DNA of 64,000 nt, from the NCBI GenBank assembly GCA_951406725.2, contig OX597820.1, positions 16,306,001 to 16,370,000 on the forward strand, written 5' to 3'. Origin of the DNA: Octopus vulgaris. Taxonomy: Eukaryota. The position numbers and the translations under genes were made by a program. The notes under the pieces are model-generated. The model was not told the origin of the DNA. It was given only the letters and a program-made list of their open reading frames with translations, and ran no database searches. Positions 1 through 12,926 of this stretch are shown here, in pieces (the stretch's first letter is position 1; every line of letters starts with the position of its first letter).

Positions 1-84
1 ATTTGTACTTTGGTTGGATGACGCATCCACGAGGTATTTTGAGCTCTCATAAGGAGGCGAGTGTAAGTTCCATCCAACCGCCTC

Positions 85-750
85 TCAAGCTTCTTTAGCT
101 ATTACAGCCTGATTTGGGTCTTTAAAGGAGTCATTCATCCACTCTTCCTGTTTTCCAGCTATGCCAAATCCGTGTAGTTTATGACATATTATCCCGTGAT
201 CAACCTTATCGAAGGCCTTTGTGAAATCAAGGTGTATCACATCGACATTTGAGCAGTTCGTAAGTTGTTTCAACACCCAGTCATAATGCTGCCGAAGTTA
301 CGTAAGGCAGCATCTTCCCGGGCGGAAACCGTGCTAGATGTCAGGAAGCGAGTCATTATCTTCTAGGAAAGAGTTCAGCTTCCCCCTGACAATTTGTTCC
401 ATGACTTTGTTGATATGTGAGGTTAGAATGACAGGTCTATAATTTTTAGCGTCTGCTCTGCTTCCTCCTTTGTGGAATCGACATGTTATGCTATACTTTA
501 ACTTTCTGGCAAGTTCACCACTTGCAAAGCAGCTTTAGAAGAGGACCTGCAGTGGTCTTGCTAGGACACATTTGTACTTTTTTTCTTTTACGATTGCTGG
601 GAATCCATCGGAACCAATGGCAGAAGTTAAATTCATTTCAACAATGGCTGATATTACATAAGTTTCCTTTATATCGGTATAATCGATAAATGCCATCCCT
701 TCATGTGGAGTTGTGGTATCAAATAACTCATCTGGCATATCTATTTGCAA
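85..750 (-). mobile_element. Decayed LINE (CR1/L2-group) reverse transcriptase fragment
   Basis: Minus-strand peptides SAIGSDGFPAIV..VLARPLQVLF, YRPVILTSHINKVMEQIV and VIHLDFTKAFDKVDHGIICHKLHGFGIAGK match non-LTR RT N-terminal domains; frameshifts and stops present. Confidence 0.9.
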
Positions 751-784
751 TGTTTACCGGAACAAAAGAATGGCACGTTTAGTA

Positions 785-1205
785 TTTCTATTTCTTTACT
801 ACCCACAAGGGGCTACACAAAGAGAGGACAAACAAGGATAGACAAACGGATTAAGTCGATTATATCGACCCCAGTGTGTAACTGGTACTTATTTAATCGA
901 CCCCGAAAGGATGAAAGGCAAAGTCGACCTCGGCGGAATTTGAACCCAGAACGTAACGGCAGACGAAATACCTATTTCTTTACTACCCACAAGGGGCTAA
1001 ACACAGAGAGGACAAACAAGGACAGACAAACGGATTAAGCCGATTATGTCGACCCCAGTGTGTGACTGGTACTTATTTTATCGACCCCGAAAGGATGAAA
1101 GGCAAAGTCGACCTCGGCGGAATTTGAACTCAGAACGTAACGGCGGACGAAATACGGCTACGCACTTCGCCCGGCGTGCTAACGTTTCTGCCAGCTCGCC
1201 GCCTT
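785..1205 (-). mobile_element. tRNA-derived SINE with Meta-like core, head plus two tandem body units
   Basis: Reverse complement begins ggcggcgagctggcagaaacgttagc (A-box-like), then gagttcaaattcc (B-box-like) and gtcgactttgcctttcatcctttcggggtcgataaa (Meta/MESC-like core). Many copies in the window. Confidence 0.85.
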
Positions 1206-1570
1206 ACCCATTTAGTATTTCACTTATTCAATGGGGGCCCGTAGTCAGTGAGCTGTTTTCTCTGAACAGTGGCCCTATCTTGAGCTGTACTGAAGTAGAC
1301 TCTTTTGCAAGTTTATGGACGGCTTTAGTGTTTGTCTTTATAATTTTAACAAATGTGCCTTCTTTTCCTGCACTCTCTTTTCAAGAGAGTGCCTGAGTTT
1401 TTGGAGGTTTTTTGTACATAAAGGGAAATTTCAGGAGACCGGTTTACATCGATAAACAAAACACTGGAATGTACGCGTGCGCGCACACACATGCAGGTAC
1501 ACACACAAACACACACGCATGCTAGCACATACGTACAAACACACATATGTAGATTATACATATGTATATA

Positions 1571-1607
<37 letters not shown>

Positions 1608-1609
1608 AT

Positions 1610-1759
1610 TGGTGGCTGTGTTGTAAGATGCTTGCCTCACAACCACATGGTTCCGGGTTCAGTCCCACTGCAGGACACCTTGTGTCTTCTACTATAGCCT
1701 CGGGCTGACTAAACCCTTGTGAATGGATTTGGTAGACGGAAACTGAAAGAGGCCCATCG

Positions 1760-1830
<71 letters not shown>

Positions 1831-2030
1831 GTGTGTGTTTGTGCACCACCACCACCATCACTTGACAACCGATGTTGGTGTGTTTACCTCCCCGTAACCT
1901 AGCAGTTCGACAAAAAGAGATCGATAAAATAAGTACTAGGCTTCAAAAAATAAGACATAGGGTCGATTAGTTCAACTAAAAACTGTTCAAGACGGTGCCC
2001 CTGCATGGTCGCAGTCTAATAGCTGAAACA
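1610..2030 (+). mobile_element. tRNA-derived SINE with internal microsatellite (family K in this report)
   Basis: Head ggctgtg..taag..ggttccgggttcagtcccactg, central (TG)n, tail gcatggtcgcagtctaatagctgaaacaag; homologous to 6665-7071 and 24068-24455. Confidence 0.85.
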
Positions 2031-2047
2031 AGTTATACATATACGTA

Positions 2048-2215
2048 TATACGACGGGCTTCTTTCAGTTTCCGTCTATCAAATCCACTCACAAGGCTTT
2101 GGTCGGCCCAAGGCTATAATAGAAGACACTTGCCCAAGGTGCCACGCTGTGGGAATGAACCCGGAACCATGTAGTTGGTAAGCAAGCTACTTAGCACACA
2201 GCCACTGCTGCGCCG
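2048..2215 (-). mobile_element. Family K SINE 5' half
   Basis: Reverse complement of the head seen at 6665 and 24068. Confidence 0.85.
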
Positions 2216-2631
2216 GTATGTATGAGTGTATATATGTATGAGTACGTATGTATGCATGTATGTATGTATGTATGTATGTATGTATGTATGTATGTATGTA
2301 TGAGTGTATATATGTATGAGTACGTATGTATGCATGTATGTATGTATGTATGTATGCATGTATGTATGTATGCATGTATGTATGTATGTATGTATGTATG
2401 TATGTATGTATGTATGCATGCATGTATATATGTATGTATGTATGTATGCATGTATGTATGTATGTATGTATGTATGTATGCATGCATGTATGTATGTATG
2501 TATGTATGTATGTATGTATGTATGCATGTATGTATGTATGCATGCATGTATATATGTGTATGTATGTATGTATGTATGCATGTATGTATGTATGTATGTA
2601 TGTATGCATGCATGTATGTATGTATGCATAC

Positions 2632-2662
<31 letters not shown>

Positions 2663-2903
2663 TGTATGTATGTATGTATGTATGTATGTACGTATGTATG
2701 TATGTATGTATGTATGTATGTATGTATGTATGTATGCATGTATGTATGTATGTATGTATGTATGCATGCATGTATGTATGTATGTATGTATGTATGTATG
2801 TATGTATGTATGTATGTATGTATGCATGTATGTATGTATGTAGTATGTATGTATGTATGTATGTATGTATGTATGTATGTATGTATGTATGTATGTATGT
2901 ATG

Positions 2904-2935
<32 letters not shown>

Positions 2936-3919
2936 TGTATGTATGTATGTATGTATGTATGTATGTATGTATGTATGTATGTATGTATGTATGTATGTAT
3001 GTATGTATGTATGTATGTATGTATGTATGTATGTATGTATGTATGTATGTATGTATGCATGTATGTATGTATGTATGTATGTATGTATGTATGTATGTAT
3101 GTATGTATGTATGTATGTATGTATGTATGTATGTATGTATGTATGTATGTATGTATGTATGTATGTATGTATGTATGTATGTATGTATGCATGTATGTAT
3201 GTATGTATGTATGTATGTATGTATGTATGTATGTATGTATGTATGTACGTATGTATGTATGTATGTATGTATGTATGTATGTATGTATGTATGTATGTAT
3301 GTATGTATGTATGCATGTATGTATGTATGTATGTATGTACGTATGTATGTATGTATGTATGTATGTATGTATGTATGTATGTATGTATGTATGTATGTAT
3401 GTATGTATGTATGTATGTATGTATGTATGTATGTATGTATGTATGTATGTATGTATGTATGTATGTATGTATGTATGTATGTATGTATGTATGTATGTAT
3501 GTATGTATGTATGTATGTATGTATGTATGTATGTATGTATGTATGTATGTATGTATGTATGTATGTATGCATGTATGTATGTATGTATGTATGTATGTAT
3601 GTATGTATGTATGTATGTATGTATGTATGTATGTATGTATGTATGTATGTATGTATGTATGCATGTATGTATGTATGTATGTATGTATGTATGTATGTAT
3701 GTATGTATGTATGCATGCATGTATATATGTGTGTGTATGTATGTATAGGTATGTATATATGTATGTGTTTATGTATTTATGAATGTACCTATGTAGTGCA
3801 CCTGAACACTTTATGCAAGTTTCATTTTCACTGTTATGAGTCTGCATGCATCTATATATGTATGTGTGTGTGTGAGTATGAGCCCGCATGTATATGTATG
3901 TTATATATATGTGTGTGTG

Positions 3920-3958
<39 letters not shown>

Positions 3959-4000
3959 ACGCGCGTAAGTATGTACATACGTATGGATGTATATATGTAT
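2216..4000. repeat. Long (TATG)n microsatellite with (TG)n tail
   Basis: About 1.5 kb of TATG with TGCA/TACG variants; source of the spurious HTYI/MYVC ORFs. Confidence 0.99.
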
Positions 4001-4143
4001 TTATTTTAATTACTTAATAAACAACTTAGTATGTCACTTAATCTAGTGAGGGGTCAAAATTAAAGCGCAAAACAAAAGGCACACCTAAATCTAGATAAAG
4101 TAGGGATAAAACAAACAATAATAATAATAATAACAACAACAGC

Positions 4144-4177
<34 letters not shown>

Positions 4178-4240
4178 GTAGAATCATAGAATTTTTTTTT
4201 GCTCTAGGCACAAGATCCGAGAATTTTTTTATTATTCTAG

Positions 4241-4787
4241 GCACAAAGCCCGAAATTTCTGGTGAGAGGGCCAGTCGATTAGATCGACCCCAGTACGCAA
4301 CTGGTACTTAATTTATCGACCCCGAATGGATGAAAGGCAAAGTCGACCTCGGCGGAATTTGAACTCAGATCGTAACGGCTGACGAAATACCTATTTCTTT
4401 ACTACCCACTGTGGGCTAAACACAGAGAGGACAAACAAGGACAGACAAACGGAGTAAGTCGATTATATCGACCCCAGTGCGTAACCCGAAAGGATGAAAG
4501 GCAAAGTCAGCCTCGGCAGAATTTGTCCTCAGAACGTAGCGATAGACGAAATACCTATTTCTTTATTACCCACAAGGGGCTAAACACAGAGGGGACAAAC
4601 AAGGACAGACAAACGGATTAAGTCGATTACATCGACCCCAATGCGTAACTGGTACTTAATTTATCGACCCCGAAAGGATGAAAGGCAAAGTCGACCTCGG
4701 CGGAATTTGAACTCACAACGTAACGCAGATGAAATACCGCTAAGCATTTCGCCCGGCGTGCTAACGTTTCTGCCAGCTCGCCGCCTT
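4241..4787 (-). mobile_element. Meta-core SINE multimer (head plus three body units)
   Basis: Same family as 785-1205; junction gaaatacctatttcttta repeated at about 4385 and 4550. Confidence 0.85.
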
Positions 4788-4844
4788 AATAAAATCATAA
4801 AATTTAAAACCAAAACGTATGTAGTATCTGTTTAGAGTTAGCTT

Positions 4845-5236
4845 GTGTGTGTGTGTGTGAGAGAGAGACTGTATGTGTGTCTGTGACTGTGTGTGTGAGA
4901 GCGTGTGTACGTGTGTGCATGTATGTATGAACGTGTGTGTATGAGCGTGTGTACGTGTGTGTGTGTGTGTGCGTGTGTGTGTGTGTACGTATGTGTATGC
5001 ATGTTTGTATGAACGTGTGTGTATGAGCATGTGTATTCACGCGTGTGTGTGTGTGTACGTGTGTGTGAATGTGTGTGTGGGAGCGTATGTACGTGTGTGA
5101 GTGCACAGGTATGTATGAACGTGTGTATATGAGCGTGCATACGTGTCGTGTGTGTGTGTGTGTGTCACTGTCTGTGTGTGTTTATGTGTGTGTATGTGTG
5201 TGTGTGTGACTGTGTGTGTGTGTGTGACTGTGTGTG

Positions 5237-5269
<33 letters not shown>

Positions 5270-5296
5270 CTCTGTGTGTGTGTGTGTGCGCGCGCG
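4845..5296. repeat. Degenerate (TG)n microsatellite
   Basis: Direct inspection. Confidence 0.95.
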
Positions 5297-5639
5297 CAAC
5301 GAATTAGAAAATAGGAAGGTCTCGGAAGCTTTTTCGTGGAAACATTAAACGGCTTCTTTTCAACGAAAATAGACAATGCATCGGCGCATAACAACACAAA
5401 GAATATAAATGTAAAATTCGGATAAAGACCGAAATAACTACAAAAAAAAATAAATACTAATAAGAAGGCGACGTGTGAATTTGGGTTATTACTTTGTTTA
5501 AAGGTAAACGTTTTATTACAGTTATTCACATCCACACCAGCGGAGTTGGTAGCTGGCGTTAAGCCTAATTAGACGTGAATCTGCACTATTATGTATTTAG
5601 GGCAAAAAAATGTTTTTTGCTTTAGTCGAGTTGCAAAGA

Positions 5640-6385
5640 TATAGAAGAAACGCTTGCCCAATGTAGCACGCTGTGGGATTGAACCCAGAACCGTGTGGTT
5701 GGGAAGCCAAGATATAATAAACCTTTAATTTATATACGACGGGCTTCTTTCAGTTTCCCGTCCACCATATCGACTCGCAAGGCTTTGGTCGGCTTGAGGC
5801 TATAGTAAAAACACTTGCCCAATGTGCCACGCTGTGGGACTGAACCCAGAACCGTGTGGTTGGGAAGCCAAGATATAATAAACCTTTAATTTATATACGA
5901 CGGGCTTCTTTCAGTTTCCCGTCCACCATATCGGCTAGCAAGGCTTTGGTCGGCTTGGGGCTATAGTAGAAACACTCGCTCAATGTGACACCCTGTGAGA
6001 CTGAACCCAGAACCGTGTGGTTGGGAAACCAAGATATAATAAACCTTTAATTTATATACGACGGGCTTCTTTCAGTTTCCCGTCCATCATATCGACTCGC
6101 AAGACTTTGGTTGGCTTGAGGCTATTGTAGAAATATTTGCCCACCCAATGTAGCACGCTGTGGGATTGAACCCAGAATCGTGTGGTTGGGAAACCAAAAT
6201 ATAATAAGCCATTTATTTATATACGACGGGCTTCTTTCCGTTTCCCGTCCACCATATCGACTCGCAAGGCTTTGGTCGGCTTGAGGCTATAGTAGAAGAC
6301 ACTTGCCCAATGTGCCACGTTGTGGGACTGAACCCAGAACCGTGTGGTTGGGAAGCGAGCTTCTTACCGCACAGCTACGCCCAGG
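5640..6385 (-). repeat. Tandem array (about 161 bp x 4.5) of family K SINE 5' half
   Basis: Unit start gatataataaacc recurs at about 5711, 5872, 6033 and 6197; each unit is the SINE head region. Confidence 0.9.
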
Positions 6386-6450
6386 CTGCTTCGATATATA
6401 TGTGTATATGTGTAAGTGTGTGTGCTCGTGTGCATGTGTGTGTGTATGCG

Positions 6451-6513
<63 letters not shown>

Positions 6514-6664
6514 GTATACATATCCGACGATGGCTAAGCTGGCCAAAACTTCGAAGTTACTATCAACAACATTCTTGTATAAGAATAATAAATATATACT
6601 CTACAAAAATATAAAGTAACCCATCAGATTAATGTGAGATTGTTTATCACTGAAAATAAAAACA

Positions 6665-7071
6665 ATGGCTGTGTGGTAAGTAGCTTGCTTACCAGCCACA
6701 TGGTTCCGGGTTCGGTCTCACTGCGTGGCACTTTGGCCAAGTGTCTTCTACTATAGCCTCGGGCCGACCAAAGCCTTGTGAGTGGATTTTGTAGACGGAA
6801 ACTGAAAGAATCCCGTCGTATATATGTATATATATGTGTGTGCGTGTGTGTTTGTGTTTGTGTGTGTCTGTGTTTGTCCCCCAACATCGCTTGACAACCG
6901 GTGCTGGTGTGTTTACGTCCCCGTCACTTAGCGGTTCGGCAAAAATTACCGATAGAATAAATACTAGGCTTACAAAGAATAAGTCTTGGGGTCGATTTCT
7001 TCGACTGAAGGCGGTGCTCCAGCATGGCCGGCCACAGTCAAATGACTGAAACAAGTAAAAGAGTAAAAGAG
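6665..7071 (+). mobile_element. Full-length family K SINE
   Basis: tRNA-like head, internal TA/TG tract, tail ...cagtcaaatgactgaaacaagtaaaagagtaaaagag followed by (TA)n. Confidence 0.9.
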
Positions 7072-7072
7072 T

Positions 7073-7160
<88 letters not shown>

Positions 7161-7399
7161 CAGGGTGTGTCATAATTAGTGCCAAATTCCTTTTTCAGGG
7201 TTAATGTGTAAGACTTTCCAATAGGAAGGTACTTTTAATTCCTCATCCTTTTTTTACAGGTTGGGGTATCAAAGAATGTTGACAACATGATACATGATCC
7301 AAATTTAGTAACTTTCAAAAATCTGTCAGTATTAACTTTAAAAACAAGGAAGAAATGCAATCCTTCCCAGAAACTGGGCGCTGCTTTTGACTCACCTTG
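7161..7399. mobile_element. Tc1/mariner-type MITE
   Basis: TA-cagggtgtgtca ... tgactcaccttg-TA imperfect terminal inverted repeats. Confidence 0.55.
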
Positions 7400-7451
7400 T
7401 ATTTAACAAATGATAATGACGGGAAATGGAATGTACGGGAAAATTAATCGC

Positions 7452-7554
7452 TCACGACAATCGTTTCGAAACATCCTGCATCGATCCCTCGCGAGTGGGA
7501 AGCTATACACCCAGTTGTAGTGCATCCCTCGGTGCAGAGCGCTTCGTCAGGTGA
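7452..7554 (-). ncRNA. Type-I hammerhead-ribozyme-like motif with long helix II
   Basis: Minus strand reads tcac-CTGACGA-agcgctctgca...tgcaggatgtttc-GAAA-cgattg-TC-gtga; stem I is tcac/gtga. Confidence 0.65.
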
Positions 7555-7805
7555 TGTAATAAGAGGCATCGCGTTAAATGAACTCTGTTTCGCTCGGATT
7601 TAGTGCAGCATGTTGCAAGTGTCCGTAAATTAAGGCTGCTGGGCAGGAACGGCCCGGGACAGATTCCGTTGCAGAGTTATAAATACAGACCGGGAGTCTG
7701 GTGCCGTATTTTATCGCACGCTACTGCTGAACTATTGAGAAAGTGGGACGCAAACAAACTAACACCGGTTGTCAAATGATGGGTGAAACAAACAGAGACG
7801 TGCGC

Positions 7806-8255
7806 ATACATATATACATACATACATACATACATGCATGCATACATACATACATACATACATACATACATACATACACACATACATACATGCATACATA
7901 CATACATGCATTCATACATACATACATACCTACATACATACATACATACATACACACATACATACATGCATACATATATACATACATGCATACATACATA
8001 CATACATACATGCATACATACACACATACATACATACACACATACATACATACACACATACATACATGTATACATACACACATACATACATGCATACATA
8101 CATACATACATGCATACATACACACATACATACATACATACACACATACATACATACATCTTCTTACCGCACAGCTACGCCCAGGCTGCTTCGATATATA
8201 TGTGTATATGTGTAAGTGTGTGTGCTCGTCAGTGCATGTGTGTGTGTATGCGTGC

Positions 8256-8300
<45 letters not shown>

Positions 8301-8509
8301 ATACATACATGCATACATACATACATACATACATACATACATACGTACATACACACATACATACATGCATGCATACATACATACATACATACATACATAC
8401 ATTCATACATACATACCTACACACATACACACATACATACATACATACATACATACATACATACATACATACATACATACATACATACATACATACATAC
8501 ATACATACA

Positions 8510-8545
<36 letters not shown>

Positions 8546-8585
8546 CATATATGCATACATACTTACATACATACATACATACATA
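7806..8585. repeat. (TACA)n microsatellite interrupted by a copy of 6360-6500
   Basis: Direct inspection. Confidence 0.95.
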
Positions 8586-8599
8586 TTTATATTTTTACA

Positions 8600-8953
8600 T
8601 TTTACTTGTTTAATCACAGAACTGCAGCTATGCTGGAGCATCAGTCGAACAAAACAGCCCCATTACATTTTTGTCTTATTTTTTTTAGTCTGATCCTTGT
8701 TCTATTTTTTGTTGTTTTTTTGCGGCGAACTGCTAAGTTACGATGACGTAAGTCAATCAACAGCGGTCGCCAAACAGTGGTGGGGACACATATAAACATA
8801 CACATTACGCATGTTCACACAAACACACACATACACACACATACATATACATGTATACACACATATATATATATATACATACATATGTGTGTGTGTGTAC
8901 ACAAATCTGTGTGTATATACATAGATATGTATGTATGTAAACATAAATCTGTG

Positions 8954-8996
<43 letters not shown>

Positions 8997-9120
8997 CGGG
9001 CTTCCATACAGTTTCCCACTGCCAAATTCACTCACAAGATTTGACCAAGGTGACGCACAGTGGGACTGAACCCTAAACTACACGGTTATAAAGCAAGCTT
9101 CTTAACCACACGTGCATGCT
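8600..9120 (-). mobile_element. Diverged family K SINE
   Basis: Tail motif atgctggagca and head motif cagtgggactgaaccc on the reverse strand flank a microsatellite. Confidence 0.7.
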
Positions 9121-9371
9121 TGCACTCTCTTGATATTTTGTCAATATTTGTAAATATTGAGTGAGTTAGTACATAAAATAAGACCTTTCCCTAAATAGTA
9201 TTCAGAGAAAGGCCCTTGTTAATACCTTCAGGATGTAGGTGAATTTAGTGGGCGCACCATCCTACCTCTTTGAACTATATTCTGTTATAGAACATATTTG
9301 TGGTTTCTAAGCAACTAAAGTGTCGGAGACCTGGAGAGGAAGCCCAGCCTTTCTGGAGCAATTTGGCCACT

Positions 9372-11463
9372 GTACGATTTCTAAATAACAACGTCGAAGT
9401 TCGTACAATTTCTAAGAACGTCGAAGTTCGTACGATTTCTAAATAACAACGTCGAAGTTCGTACAATTTCTAAGAACGTCGAAGTTCGTACGATTTCTAA
9501 ATAACAACGTCGAAGTTCGTACGATTTCTAAATAACAACGTCGAAGTTCGTACAATTTCTAAGAACGTCGAAGTTCGTACGATTTCTAAATAACAACGTC
9601 GAAGTTCGTACAATTTCTAAGAACGTCGAAGTTCGTACGATTTCTAAATAACAACGTCGAAGTTCGTACGATTTCTAAATAACAACGTCGAAGTTCGTAC
9701 AATTTCTAAATAACAACGTCGAAGTTCGTACAATTTCTAAATAACAACGTCGAAGTTCGTACGATTTCTAAATAACAACGTCGAAGTTCGTACAATTTCT
9801 AAGAACGTCGAAGTTCGTACGATTTCTAAATAACAACGTCGAAGTTCGTACGATTTCTAAATAACAACGTCGAAGTTCGTACAATTTCTAAATAACAACG
9901 TCGAAGTTCGTACAATTTCTAAATAACAACGTCGAAGTTCGTACAATTTCTAAGAACGTCGAAGTTCGTACGATTTCTAAATAACAACGTCGAAGTTCGT
10001 ACAATTTCTAAGAACGTCGAAGTTCGTACGATTTCTAAATAACAACGTCGAAGTTCGTACAATTTCTAAATAACAACGTCGAAGTTCGTACAATTTCTAA
10101 GAACGTCGAAGTTCGTACGATTTCTAAATAACAACGTCGAAGTTCGTACAATTTCTAAGAACGTCGAAGTTCGTACGATTTCTAAATAACAACGTCGAAG
10201 TTCGTACAATTTCTAAATAACAACGTCGAAGTTCGTACAATTTCTAAATAACAACGTCGAAGTTCGTACAATTTCTAAATAACAACGTCGAAGTTCGTAC
10301 GATTTCTAAATAACAACGTCGAAGTTCGTACAATTTCTAAGAACGTCGAAGTTCGTACGATTTCTAAATAACAACGTCGAAGTTCGTACGATTTCTAAAT
10401 AACAACGTCGAAGTTCGTACAATTTCTAAGAACGTCGAAGTTCGTACGATTTCTAAATAACAACGTCGAAGTTCGTACAATTTCTAAGAACGTCGAAGTT
10501 CGTACGATTTCTAAATAACAACGTCGAAGTTCGTACAATTTCTAAGAACGTCGAAGTTCGTACGATTTCTAAATAACAACGTCGAAGTTCGTACAATTTC
10601 TAAGAACGTCGAAGTTCGTACGATTTCTAAATAACAACGTCGAAGTTCGTACGATTTCTAAATAACAACGTCGAAGTTCGTACAATTTCTAAGAACGTCG
10701 AAGTTCGTACGATTTCTAAATAACAACGTCGAAGTTCGTACAATTTCTAAGAACGTCGAAGTTCGTACGATTTCTAAATAACAACGTCGAAGTTCGTACA
10801 ATTTCTAAGAACGTCGAAGTTCGTACGATTTCTAAATAACAACGTCGAAGTTCGTACAATTTCTAAGAACGTCGAAGTTCGTACGATTTCTAAATAACAA
10901 CGTCGAAGTTCGTACAATTTCTAAGAACGTCGAAGTTCGTACGATTTCTAAATAACAACGTCGAAGTTCGTACAATTTCTAAGAACGTCGAAGTTCGTAC
11001 GATTTCTAAATAACAACGTCGAAGTTCGTACAATTTCTAAGAACGTCGAAGTTCGTACGATTTCTAAATAACAACGTCGAAGTTCGTACAATTTCTAAGA
11101 ACGTCGAAGTTCGTACGATTTCTAAATAACAACGTCGAAGTTCGTACGATTTCTAAATAACAACGTCGAAGTTCGTACAATTTCTAAGAACGTCGAAGTT
11201 CGTACGATTTCTAAATAACAACGTCGAAGTTCGTACAATTTCTAAGAACGTCGAAGTTCGTACGATTTCTAAATAACAACGTCGAAGTTCGTACAATTTC
11301 TAAGAACGTCGAAGTTCGTACGATTTCTAAATAACAACGTCGAAGTTCGTACAATTTCTAAGAACGTCGAAGTTCGTACGATTTCTAAATAACAACGTCG
11401 AAGTTCGTACGATTTCTAAATAACAACGTCGAAGTTCGTACAATTTCTAAGAACGTCGAAGTT
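9372..11463. repeat. Homogeneous minisatellite of 31-bp and 27-bp unit variants (about 70 units)
   Basis: Units aacgtcgaagttcgtacRatttctaaataac (31 bp) and aacgtcgaagttcgtacaatttctaag (27 bp), no unique spacers. Confidence 0.98.
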
Positions 11464-11681
11464 TTATTTGACCGATTTGCGTAAGTAGTGTGATTGGTCA
11501 TGTGAGTTATAGTATTACTCATATTGTTATTGAGATTATCTTTTAATCTCTTATCTGTTACTTATTTCAGTTTTCAAACCGCGGCCATGCTGGGACACCG
11601 CTTTGAAGAACTTTTAGTCGAACGAATTGACCCCTAATACTTTATTTTCATTATTTAAAAGCCTGTTATACTATCTTTTGC

Positions 11682-11824
<143 letters not shown>

Positions 11825-11871
11825 TAAATCAATAAATGGTGGGTTGTGTTGTCCGCACGTGGAGAAATGAT

Positions 11872-12653
11872 AGGCAAGGAAAAATTTTTAAAAGGCAGAA
11901 TGCTAAATTGAAAGTAAATTTTAATGAAAATGGGTGTATGGAAAATTAAAAAAAATATATATATATATATATATATATATTAATTGAAACTTGTTTTCGT
12001 CGCAATGCGACTTTTCAAGAATTGTAAGGTGAAAAGAAATTTTTTTTATAATTGAGGAGGGGGGGAAAAAAGAAAATTACATTGATTTTGCCAAAAAATA
12101 ATAAACATATACAAAAATTAAAAAAATAGATACACCGATACATTGTAAAGTCTTTGTGTATCTCGAGTCCAATGATATTCTTGAAAAATTACCTTGGAGG
12201 ATTGGGATCCATGTGATTAAATCCATGTGGTGTTTAATTTAGGATGTTTGTTAAATGAATCTAACAAACATTCATTTAACAAACATCCTAAATTAAACAC
12301 CACATGGATTTAATCACATGGATCCCAATCCTCCAAGGTAATTTTTCCAAGAACTATCATTGGACTCGAGATACACAAAGACTTTACAATGTATCGGTGT
12401 ATCTATTTTTTTAATTTTTGTATATGTTTATTATTTTTTGGCAAAAAACAATGTAATTTTCTTTTTTCCCCCTCCTCAATTATAAAAAAAATTTCTTTTC
12501 ACCTTACAATTCTTGAAAAGTCGCATTGCGACGAAAACCAGTTTCAATTAATATATATATAAATTTTTTTTTTTTTTAAATTTTCCATACACCCATTTTC
12601 ATTAAAATTTACTTTCAATTTAGCATTCTGCCTTTTATAATTTTTCCTTGCCT
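11872..12653. mobile_element. Long palindrome (about 385-bp arms, 9-nt loop), probable inverted Penelope-like 3' ends
   Basis: 11872-12260 is the near-exact reverse complement of 12270-12653; each arm has cttgaaaa-gtcgc-att-gcgac-GAAA; flanked by microsatellites. The palindrome is seen directly, the PLE assignment is inferred. Confidence 0.7.
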
Positions 12654-12654
12654 G

Positions 12655-12737
<83 letters not shown>

Positions 12738-12846
12738 TAGGTATCAGTTATAGGGGTTTAATGCTACCTTCATCTCTGCTTCTTCCTTCTTTGTTTCCCA
12801 TTGTTATTATATCCATTTTCTTCTCCTGTACATACACACACACACA

Positions 12847-12914
<68 letters not shown>

Positions 12915-12926
12915 TATATATATATA

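Noticed and set aside
745-1038. Recurrent peptide RPRKDERQSRPRRNLN in several ORFs (4641, 51306, 58906)
   Set aside because: It is the antisense translation of the Meta-core SINE, not a protein family.
2114-4017. Very long ORFs (up to 591 aa) on both strands, and similar ORFs at 7.7-8.7, 26.8-27.4 and 33.5-34.8 kb
   Set aside because: They are translations of stop-free (TATG)n/(TACA)n microsatellites (HTYI/MYVC repeats), not genes.
9372-11463. CRISPR array or heat-shock-element array
   Set aside because: There are no unique spacers or cas genes and the context is eukaryotic; GAA/TTC spacing (GAAgTTC, TTCtaaGAA) does not fit nGAAnnTTCn.
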